From an uncultured Dehalococcoidales bacterium (GTDB lineage Bacteria > Chloroflexota > Dehalococcoidia > Dehalococcoidales > GCA-2688105), in contig CAZLFC010000004.1 of NCBI GenBank assembly GCA_964558705.1, positions 1 through 38,404 of the forward strand: a stretch of DNA of 38,404 nt, written 5' to 3'. Within the stretch, counting starts at the first letter, position 1; each line of letters starts with the position of its first letter. A program made the position numbers and the translations under genes. A model generated the notes under the pieces. That model worked only from the letters and a program-made list of their open reading frames with translations. It did not search any database and was not told the DNA's origin. This document shows positions 17,194-24,679 of the stretch, one piece after another.

Positions 17194-20138
17194 CAATGGC
17201 AACTCAAGAGAAAACCATAACCATCAGTATCGACAATCAGCCGGTAAAGGCGGCACCGGGAGCCAGTATCCTGGAAGCCGCCCAGGCAGCGGGAATCCAT
17301 ATTCCTACCCTGTGTCACCACCCCAAACTCTCAGTGGTAGGTTCCTGCCGGGTCTGTATGGTAGCCGTGGAAGGGATGAAAGGGGTGGTACCATCCTGCG
17401 CCACTCCCATCCGCGAGAGGATGGTAATCAAAACCGATACTCCGGAAGTCCTGGCCGCCAGGAAGATGGCGGTAGAACTGTTATTGTCGACTCACCCCTT
17501 GAATTGTAATGAATGCGATTCCAGCGGGAAGTGCGAGCTTCAGGCACTGGCTACCGAACTGGGCATTGAAACTCCCAGATTCTCCCGCGATGAAGAACGA
17601 CAGCCCATAGACGACAGGCATCCCTTCATTCTCTACGACCCCAATAAGTGCATCCTGTGCAGTCGTTGTGTCCGTGCCTGCCGTGAGATAGCCGTCAATG
17701 ATGTCTTGGGCATCAGCAACAGAGGCGGCGGGTCAATCATCTCCACCTTTTTCGAGGAGTCAATGGTCAGCGTCGGCTGTCTGTCCTGCGGCGAATGCGT
17801 CAGTGTTTGTCCTACCGCCGCCCTGACCGAAAAGCCGGGCTTCTCCATTGAGCCATCCACCGAGGCTAAAATAACCAAGACCACCTGCCCCTGGTGCGGG
17901 GTCGGCTGCACCATCGAACTTCACACCGAAGGCAACAAGGTGGTCAAGGTTACCTCACCACCCGACGCCCCCACCAATAAAGGCAGCCTCTGCGTCAAAG
18001 GTCGCTACGGCTACGAGTTTATCAATCACCCCAGCCGGCTCACCAAGCCGCTGATTAGAGTGAAACCTAAAGATGGCGGGGCGTACCACGAAGAAACCTG
18101 GCAGACCGATTTCCGCGAAGCCAGCTGGGATGAGGCGCTGGAACTGGTAGCCAAACGACTGTCCGAAATCAAGGACAAGTTTGGCAGCGAAAGCCTGGCC
18201 GGAATCAGCTCCGCCAAGTGCACCAATGAAGACAACTATCTGATGCAGAGATTCGTGCGGGAAATAATGGGCAATAACAATATTGACCATTGTGCCCGAC
18301 TTTGCCACGCTTCCACCGTGGTAGGCGCCATCGCCGCCTTTGGCAGCGGCGCCATGAGCAACTCCATTGATGATATTGCTATGGCTGATTCTCTCCTGAT
18401 AATCGGTTCCAATACAACCGAGTGCCATCCGGTTATCGGCAGCGTTGTTAAGCAGTCCGTCAGGTTCAGGGGAACGAAACTTATCGTGGCTGACCCCCGC
18501 CACATCCAGCTCACCGACCACGCCGCCATACACCTGCGTCACAAACCGGGGACCGATGTCGCCCTGCTCAACGGACTGATGCATGTCATCATCAAAGAGG
18601 GTCTGGCCAACGAAACCTTTATTAAAGAGCGCACCGAAGGCTTTGACGAACTAAACCAGGTAGTTGAAAACTACACGCCGGAGGTCGTGGAGAAAATAAG
18701 CGGCGTTGCCCAGGAAGACCTTATCAAAGCCGCCCGCGTATTCGGTCAAGCCGAAAAAGCATGCATTATTTACAGCATGGGCATAACGCAGCATACTACC
18801 GGCACCGACAATGTTAAAAGCGTGGCCAACCTCCTGCTTCTCACCGGCAACATCGGCCGGGAAGGTACCGGCTTCAGCCCGCTACGCGGACAGAATAATG
18901 TCCAGGGGGCTTGCGACCTGGGAGCATTACCGAATGTCCTCCCCGGCTACCAGGCGGTTAACAATCCGGAAAGCAGAGGAAAATTTGAAGCAGCCTGGCA
19001 CTGCCAGCTCGGTGATACTCCGGGAATCACCATGACGGAGATGCTTCCGGCCGCCCACGAAGGCAAGATAAAGGCAATGTACATCGTGGGGGAGAACCCT
19101 CTGCTCAGTGAACCTAACACCGAGCACGCCAGAGAATCGTTGAAAAGGCTGAATTTCCTGGTAGTCCAGGATATCTTCCCCTCGGAAACGGTCTGGCTGG
19201 CTGACGTTGTCCTGCCGGCGGCATGCTTTGCCGAGAAAGAAGGCACCTTCACCAGCACCGACCGGCGCGTCCAGAGAGTGCGGCAAGCGGTCACACCGCC
19301 GGGCGAAGCCCGCGATGACTGGGAGATAACCTGCCAGCTGGCGGAAAAGATGGGACACGACTTCAGCTACACCAGTGCCGAACAGATAATGGATGAAATC
19401 GCTGCTCTGACACCTATCTACGGCGGTGTCCACTATAACCGCCTGGACGGTACCGGCTTGCAGTGGCCCTGCCTTGACGATAACCACCCGGGCACTCCCT
19501 TCCTGCACAAGGACAAGTTCAGCCGTGGACTGGGCAAGTTCCACGCTTTAGAGTACATCCCTCCCGATGAGTCGATTTCTAAAGAGTTTCCCATGGTACT
19601 TACCACCGGACGAGTCCTGGAGCACTGGCACACCGGAACAATGAGTCGGCGCGCCGCTCCATTGCAGGAACTCTACCCGAAAGGTTTAGCCGAAATCCAT
19701 CCCAAGGATGCTGAGCGACTGGGCGTCTGGGAAGGTGAGATGATAACCATCACCTCAGACAGGGGCAAGATAGAAGCCAAGGCTCACATCACGGAAAAAT
19801 CAGCCCCCGGTCTTGTTTTCATGTCCTTCCACTGGCATGAAGCGCCCGCCAATATCCTCACCAACCCGGCGGTTGACCCGGTGGCCAAGATTCCCGAATA
19901 CAAGGTGTGTGCCGTCAAACCGGTGCTCGCGGTGCTTGACAGAGCGATACAGGATAATGCCTTCCTGGCCCAGTTAGCCGAGAACCCCGCGGAGGCGCTC
20001 AAGAGCTATGACCTCACCGCCGAAGAGAAGGCGGCCCTGGCTACCGGTGACATCCGCAGAATAAAGTCATGGGTCGGCGAACTCGACGAGAGAGTGGAGT
20101 CCTGGCTTATTGCCCGGCTGGCACAAGAAAAATGGTAA
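17190..20138 (+). CDS. fdhF: Formate dehydrogenase alpha subunit with a NuoG-like FeS N-terminus, a Mo/W-bisPGD catalytic domain (Cys type) and a roughly 70-aa C-terminal extension
   Basis: The start is set at ATG 17190 (ggaggaggtg RBS, ATGA overlap with the nuoF stop). There is an N-terminal 2Fe-2S plus 4Fe-4S Cys clusters. The active-site region HCARLCHASTV has a TGC Cys codon at 18303..18305 where selenoproteins have TGA. RGQNNVQGACDLG is also present. The extra C-terminal domain spans 19924..20138. Confidence 0.88.
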   Translation: MTMATQEKTITISIDNQPVKAAPGASILEAAQAAGIHIPTLCHHPKLSVVGSCRVCMVAVEGMKGVVPSCATPIRERMVIKTDTPEVLAARKMAVELLLSTHPLNCNECDSSGKCELQALATELGIETPRFSRDEERQPIDDRHPFILYDPNKCILCSRCVRACREIAVNDVLGISNRGGGSIISTFFEESMVSVGCLSCGECVSVCPTAALTEKPGFSIEPSTEAKITKTTCPWCGVGCTIELHTEGNKVVKVTSPPDAPTNKGSLCVKGRYGYEFINHPSRLTKPLIRVKPKDGGAYHEETWQTDFREASWDEALELVAKRLSEIKDKFGSESLAGISSAKCTNEDNYLMQRFVREIMGNNNIDHCARLCHASTVVGAIAAFGSGAMSNSIDDIAMADSLLIIGSNTTECHPVIGSVVKQSVRFRGTKLIVADPRHIQLTDHAAIHLRHKPGTDVALLNGLMHVIIKEGLANETFIKERTEGFDELNQVVENYTPEVVEKISGVAQEDLIKAARVFGQAEKACIIYSMGITQHTTGTDNVKSVANLLLLTGNIGREGTGFSPLRGQNNVQGACDLGALPNVLPGYQAVNNPESRGKFEAAWHCQLGDTPGITMTEMLPAAHEGKIKAMYIVGENPLLSEPNTEHARESLKRLNFLVVQDIFPSETVWLADVVLPAACFAEKEGTFTSTDRRVQRVRQAVTPPGEARDDWEITCQLAEKMGHDFSYTSAEQIMDEIAALTPIYGGVHYNRLDGTGLQWPCLDDNHPGTPFLHKDKFSRGLGKFHALEYIPPDESISKEFPMVLTTGRVLEHWHTGTMSRRAAPLQELYPKGLAEIHPKDAERLGVWEGEMITITSDRGKIEAKAHITEKSAPGLVFMSFHWHEAPANILTNPAVDPVAKIPEYKVCAVKPVLAVLDRAIQDNAFLAQLAENPAEALKSYDLTAEEKAALATGDIRRIKSWVGELDERVESWLIARLAQEKW

Positions 20139-20183
20139 TCAAACTCCAGGACATAAGATAAATCGGAAAACCAGACACGAGGT

Positions 20184-20220
20184 AGCACGCACCGGGTTAT
20201 TCAGCGGTGCGTGCTATTTT
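20184..20220 (+). terminator. Intrinsic terminator of the fdh operon
   Basis: An 11-bp perfect stem (agcacgcaccg / cggtgcgtgct) has a 10-nt loop and is followed by atttt. Confidence 0.7.
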
Positions 20221-20250
20221 GTGATAGGCAGGCGATAAAACCCTGTGGCA

Positions 20251-20292
20251 AATTTAGTGTAAAATTATTTGACAATTTAGTGTAAAGTTATT
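20251..20292 (+). promoter_or_regulatory. Two 19-bp direct repeats bracketing a TTGACA box upstream of the rpoN-like gene
   Basis: aatttagtgtaaaattatt (20251..20269) and aatttagtgtaaagttatt (20274..20292) match at 18/19. TTGACA at 20269..20274 lies between them. No convincing -10 was found at 17-bp spacing. Confidence 0.3.
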
Positions 20293-20310
20293 ACTCTAGT
20301 TAGTGATACG

Positions 20311-21432
20311 ATGTTAGACAGAGTACCCTCATTGAAGATGAACCAGACCCAGTCCATGCAAATGCGGCAGGAGCAAAGACAAATCCTCCGCATGGAACAA
20401 GCCAACCTGCTGGAAATGCCCGAGGACGACTTTCACAAGCTTATCAGCGAGATAGAGCGTGAGCCCCTTTTTCAGAAGTTATACGGTAAGGAAAAACTAA
20501 TCCGCTACCAGAGACTGCCCAGAACCGATATGTCCTCCAGTTTCTACGCAATCAAAGAAGAGGTGGTAGCCGATAAAGGTTCGCTGGATGTTGAATCCCT
20601 TCTGCAGAATAAGGAGCACATTGTCCGGCTAATACAGCAGCTGGGCATGGAGACATTCAATAAGTATTTTTTGTTCCCGGAATCAGGGATGACTCCTGAA
20701 GAAATCGCTAGAGAATGCGACCTGGACATACCGGAGGTCCAGAAGATAAATAGCCTTATTGATGATTTCTCGGTCAGGAGTGAATTCTATCATCCGTCGA
20801 ATATTACCTCAGACAGCATCCGCTACTCCAAAATCGCCTCGGTAGATAAAGATGACAAGGGATTTATTATCGGCTATTTTTCAGCGCCTCTCGCCCGGGG
20901 TCGTTATGCCATTGATTATGAAAAATTTGAAGAGTTAAAGACGGCTGGTAAACTCGCTGACACTGAAATCAAGGAAGCCAGGCAGCTATTCAAAAAACTG
21001 GAACTGATTAATAGCCGCAAGGACACCATAACTCAAATCCTGCAAAATATCATTGACAAGCAGGCACTATACCTAGAGTCCGGCAACTCTAAGTCACTCT
21101 TACCTCTCAGCCAAAAGGAACTGGCTAAAAATATCGAGGTCGCTCCCAGTTCAATAAGTCGTGCTATTAGAGGCAAAAGTATCGAAACTCCCTGGGGTAA
21201 AGAAGTCCCTCTGAAAAACTTCTTCCCTAGGCCCAAGCGATTTAGAATGGAACTGCTCAGGCAACTGCTGGAAACCGACCAAGAGCTTTCCTCAGACGAG
21301 GCAATCCGCAACAAACTCCAGGAAAAATTTGGCGTAGCAATCTCACGTCGTTCGGTAGCCAACCTGAGAAAAGAGCTTAAATTCCCGGCGGTTCATAGAA
21401 GCCACCGTACCGCTGGAGGTAAATTAAAATGA
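20311..21432 (+). CDS. rpoN: Short, divergent sigma-54 (RpoN)-like factor
   Basis: Gln/Leu-rich region-I-like N-terminus (MNQTQSMQMRQEQRQILRMEQANLLEM). C-terminal HTH (QKELAKNIEVAPSSISRAIRGKSIETPWGKEVPLKNFF) and RpoN-box-like ISRRSVANLRKELKFP. The start is ATG 20311 or 20338. The stop overlaps the next ATG (ATGA). Confidence 0.7.
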   Translation: MLDRVPSLKMNQTQSMQMRQEQRQILRMEQANLLEMPEDDFHKLISEIEREPLFQKLYGKEKLIRYQRLPRTDMSSSFYAIKEEVVADKGSLDVESLLQNKEHIVRLIQQLGMETFNKYFLFPESGMTPEEIARECDLDIPEVQKINSLIDDFSVRSEFYHPSNITSDSIRYSKIASVDKDDKGFIIGYFSAPLARGRYAIDYEKFEELKTAGKLADTEIKEARQLFKKLELINSRKDTITQILQNIIDKQALYLESGNSKSLLPLSQKELAKNIEVAPSSISRAIRGKSIETPWGKEVPLKNFFPRPKRFRMELLRQLLETDQELSSDEAIRNKLQEKFGVAISRRSVANLRKELKFPAVHRSHRTAGGKLK

Positions 21433-23384
21433 GCATTGTCTACACCGAGAGAGAAAAATGTACCGGGTGCCTTGCCTGTGTTCGTAACTGCCCAGCCAAG
21501 GCAATCAGAATAAGAGAGGGCAAGGCTGAGGTAATAAAGGAGCGCTGTATTGACTGCGGCAACTGTGTTCAGATATGCATGGCTAAAGCGAAACACCTAG
21601 AGAGCGACATTGGATTGGTCTGGCAGCTATTGGGACAGCAGCAGCCGATAATCGCGATGCTATCCGCCCCCTTCCCCGCCGCTTTCCCTGAAATTCGACC
21701 GGGGCAGCTGGTAGCCGCTTTGAAAAAACTGGGTTTTAGCGAGATTATGGAGGATTCCTTCGGGGCTGAACTGATCTGCGGTGAATATGCCCGTCTTTTT
21801 AAGGAAAAAGCTGATAAAAATATTATCTCATCTACCTGCCCGGCGGTAGTGTCATACATTGAGAGATTTCACCCCCAGCTACTCAATAATCTAGCACCCA
21901 TTGTCTCACCTATGATAGCCATGGGTAGAGTGATTAAGCATCGTTATAATCCACAGGCTAAGGTAGTCTTCATTAGCCCTTGCGTAGCCAAGATAGCCGA
22001 GGCTAAAGATGAGAAGGTTGCCGGCATAGTGGATGCAGTACTGACCTTTGCCGAAATTAAAGAAATGTTAGCGGCTAAAGAGATTGCCCTTGCATCTCAG
22101 GACGAAGAGCAACTCACGGGTCCCAAACCAAACCTGGGGCGTCTGGTCGCCATATCGGGTGGCTTACTCAAGGCAGCCAATCTCTCCGACGATATTCTAG
22201 CCAATGAAATTATAAATGCCTGCGGTCATGAATACACACCTCATATCCTTCGCGAGTTTTCCGAAGGCAACATCACTGCCAAACTCATCACCATGTGTTT
22301 TTGTGAAGGTTGTATTGATGGTCCGGTTATTGATAACAACCTGAGCGTCTTTAAACGAAGAGAGATAATCAGCAATTACACCTTGAGCCAGGCAGACCCT
22401 GTTCAAACCGAGAAGGACGTTCAGGTATATGCTGACATTGACCTCAGCCGTAAATTTACCAATAGAAGTGTCGACCTACCTACTCCCAGCGAAGAAGATA
22501 TTCAAAGGATTTTAGAGGAGATTGGCAAGGTAGACCCCAGCTTCCATATGAACTGCGGCGCCTGCGGCTACGGCGGCTGCCGAGAACTGGCTATTGCCGT
22601 CTGCCAGGGTCTGGCTGAGGTTAATATGTGCTGGCCATATGTACTAAATAAGTTAAGAGCCACCCAAGAAGAACTAATCCAGGCTGAGAAGCTGACCTCG
22701 CTGGGTCAACTGGCCGCCTCCATCGCCCACGAGGTCAATAACCCCCTGGCCGGCGTCCTTATCTATACCCAGTTGATGGCTAAAAAAATAAACGACGATA
22801 AGCTCGCCAAAGAGGTCGCCCTCGACTACCTGTCCAAGATGGACTCCGAACTTACCCGCAGCACCAGACTAATCCGTAACCTCCTCGACTTCGCCCGGCA
22901 GTCTACGCCTACCCTCAGAGAAGTGAATGTCAACGAGGTCATCACCCGAGCTATAGAACTGGCCGCCCACTCGGCTGAACTGGGTAACGTCCAGATGATA
23001 AAGGAGCTCGACCCTGCCCTGCCCAGGCTTATGGCCGACTTCGACCAGCTCCAGCAGGTCTGCACCAACCTCATACTGAACGCCATCCAGGCAATGCCGG
23101 AAGGAGGTATATTGACCCTCCGCACCTCAACCCCACCCGATAATGACAGCCAGCTCAAGATTGAGGTACAGGATACCGGCCTCGGCATCTCCCCGGAGAA
23201 CATGCGCCGGCTGTTCACTCCCTTCTTTACTACCAAGAAGAAAGGCAAGGGCGTAGGCCTCGGTCTGGCAGTGGCCTATGGAATTGTCCAGCGCCACAAA
23301 GGTAGAATAGAAGTTCAGAGCAGGGAAGGAGAGGGTACCACCTTCATCATCTATTTGCCGCTGCGTTATGAAGAAAAAAGATAA
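21429..23384 (+). CDS. Sensor histidine kinase with 2x[4Fe-4S] ferredoxin, an [FeFe]-hydrogenase-like H-domain, a Cx2Cx4Cx16C FeS motif, then HisKA and HATPase
   Basis: Ferredoxin motifs are CTGCLACVRNCP and CIDCGNCVQIC. The Fe_hyd_lg_C-like core is (SAPFPAAF...LGFSEIMEDSFGAEL...SSTCPAVVSYIERFHPQLL...ISPCVAKIAEA...VDAVLTFAEI...MCFCEGCIDGP). NCGACGYGGCRELAIAVCQGLAEVNMC lies at 22554..22631. The H-box is AASIAHEVNNPL, and the ATPase has G-boxes. Confidence 0.8.
   Translation: MSIVYTEREKCTGCLACVRNCPAKAIRIREGKAEVIKERCIDCGNCVQICMAKAKHLESDIGLVWQLLGQQQPIIAMLSAPFPAAFPEIRPGQLVAALKKLGFSEIMEDSFGAELICGEYARLFKEKADKNIISSTCPAVVSYIERFHPQLLNNLAPIVSPMIAMGRVIKHRYNPQAKVVFISPCVAKIAEAKDEKVAGIVDAVLTFAEIKEMLAAKEIALASQDEEQLTGPKPNLGRLVAISGGLLKAANLSDDILANEIINACGHEYTPHILREFSEGNITAKLITMCFCEGCIDGPVIDNNLSVFKRREIISNYTLSQADPVQTEKDVQVYADIDLSRKFTNRSVDLPTPSEEDIQRILEEIGKVDPSFHMNCGACGYGGCRELAIAVCQGLAEVNMCWPYVLNKLRATQEELIQAEKLTSLGQLAASIAHEVNNPLAGVLIYTQLMAKKINDDKLAKEVALDYLSKMDSELTRSTRLIRNLLDFARQSTPTLREVNVNEVITRAIELAAHSAELGNVQMIKELDPALPRLMADFDQLQQVCTNLILNAIQAMPEGGILTLRTSTPPDNDSQLKIEVQDTGLGISPENMRRLFTPFFTTKKKGKGVGLGLAVAYGIVQRHKGRIEVQSREGEGTTFIIYLPLRYEEKR
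22674..23311. repeat. Copy A of a 638-bp perfect direct repeat (DHp plus most of the CA domain of the hydrogenase-like HK)
   Basis: Line-by-line comparison shows 22674..23311 is identical to 23960..24597 (offset 1286 bp). Similarity continues with mismatches to about 23370/24656. Confidence 0.9.
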
Positions 23385-23416
23385 GACGACAATCAGCTAA
23401 TTAAGCTAAGGTGTTA

Positions 23417-24679
23417 ATGGAACAGTCTATAACAATTAAACCAACCCTAAAAAACACCCTGCAACGCTGGAAAGAAATTGTGGTAGCCAAAGCTAACGAA
23501 TGGGCACAGCGAAGCGACACCAGAGGCATACGAAGCCCTCATTTCTGGATAATCACGGTTTTAATAGCCTTCGGCGCGCTGAATTACTATCTGGACCAGA
23601 CTCCCCTGATTAACCTGCCACTGTTTAACCACAGCTTTTTCACCAGTGTCCACGACGTACATCGGACATTATTCTTCATTCCCATAATCTACGCTGCTCT
23701 GGTATTCAGGGTACGGGGAAGCCTGATTGCTTCACTCGCCTTCCTCTGCGTGGTGCTACCACGCGCTTTGCTATTTTCCCCTTACCCCGACCCGTTACTT
23801 AGACCTATTCTATTTGTCATCTTTGCCGCCATTATCAGTACACTTATGGCGTCACACCTTAATCAAGTCGAAAAGGAAAGAAGCGATCGTGTCAAGCTGA
23901 GCGAAGCTTACCAGAAACTTAGCGAATATCACCAGCGCCTGAAAGAAAGCCAGGAACAGCTAATCCAGGCTGAGAAGCTGACCTCGCTGGGTCAACTGGC
24001 CGCCTCCATCGCCCACGAGGTCAATAACCCCCTGGCCGGCGTCCTTATCTATACCCAGTTGATGGCTAAAAAAATAAACGACGATAAGCTCGCCAAAGAG
24101 GTCGCCCTCGACTACCTGTCCAAGATGGACTCCGAACTTACCCGCAGCACCAGACTAATCCGTAACCTCCTCGACTTCGCCCGGCAGTCTACGCCTACCC
24201 TCAGAGAAGTGAATGTCAACGAGGTCATCACCCGAGCTATAGAACTGGCCGCCCACTCGGCTGAACTGGGTAACGTCCAGATGATAAAGGAGCTCGACCC
24301 TGCCCTGCCCAGGCTTATGGCCGACTTCGACCAGCTCCAGCAGGTCTGCACCAACCTCATACTGAACGCCATCCAGGCAATGCCGGAAGGAGGTATATTG
24401 ACCCTCCGCACCTCAACCCCACCCGATAATGACAGCCAGCTCAAGATTGAGGTACAGGATACCGGCCTCGGCATCTCCCCGGAGAACATGCGCCGGCTGT
24501 TCACTCCCTTCTTTACTACCAAGAAGAAAGGCAAGGGCGTAGGCCTCGGTCTGGCAGTGGCCTATGGAATTGTCCAGCGCCACAAAGGTAGAATAGAGGT
24601 ACAAAGCAGGGAAGGAGAGGGTACCACCTTCATTATCTATTTGCCGCTGCGTTATGAAAAACATGAAGAAAAAGATTAA
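23417..24679 (+). CDS. Membrane sensor histidine kinase (DUF4118-like 4-TM sensor, HisKA, HATPase)
   Basis: ATG 23417 (taaggtg RBS); the track start is GTG 23411. The hydrophobic N-terminus is homologous to the N-terminus of the 12019..13971 kinase. The transmitter is identical to that of the preceding kinase. Confidence 0.8.
   Translation: MEQSITIKPTLKNTLQRWKEIVVAKANEWAQRSDTRGIRSPHFWIITVLIAFGALNYYLDQTPLINLPLFNHSFFTSVHDVHRTLFFIPIIYAALVFRVRGSLIASLAFLCVVLPRALLFSPYPDPLLRPILFVIFAAIISTLMASHLNQVEKERSDRVKLSEAYQKLSEYHQRLKESQEQLIQAEKLTSLGQLAASIAHEVNNPLAGVLIYTQLMAKKINDDKLAKEVALDYLSKMDSELTRSTRLIRNLLDFARQSTPTLREVNVNEVITRAIELAAHSAELGNVQMIKELDPALPRLMADFDQLQQVCTNLILNAIQAMPEGGILTLRTSTPPDNDSQLKIEVQDTGLGISPENMRRLFTPFFTTKKKGKGVGLGLAVAYGIVQRHKGRIEVQSREGEGTTFIIYLPLRYEKHEEKD
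23960..24597. repeat. Copy B of the 638-bp perfect direct repeat
   Basis: See copy A. The antisense track ORFs 22826..23248 and 24112..24534 translate identically, which is consistent. Confidence 0.9.

Noticed and set aside
18303-18305. Possible selenocysteine (in-frame TGA) at the FDH active site
   Set aside because: The codon is TGC (Cys) and the ORF is uninterrupted, so there is no recoding here.
17955-19544. Long minus-strand ORFs (209 aa, 205 aa and others) inside the FdhA gene
   Set aside because: They are antisense shadows of a GC-rich, strongly supported FdhA frame. Their composition is low-complexity and Arg/Gly/Ala-rich, and they have no motifs.
20246-20262. TGGCAAATTTAGTGT upstream of the rpoN-like gene as a -24/-12 promoter
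   Set aside because: The -12 position reads GT rather than GC and there is no TTGC. The site overlaps the 19-bp direct repeat, which explains it better.
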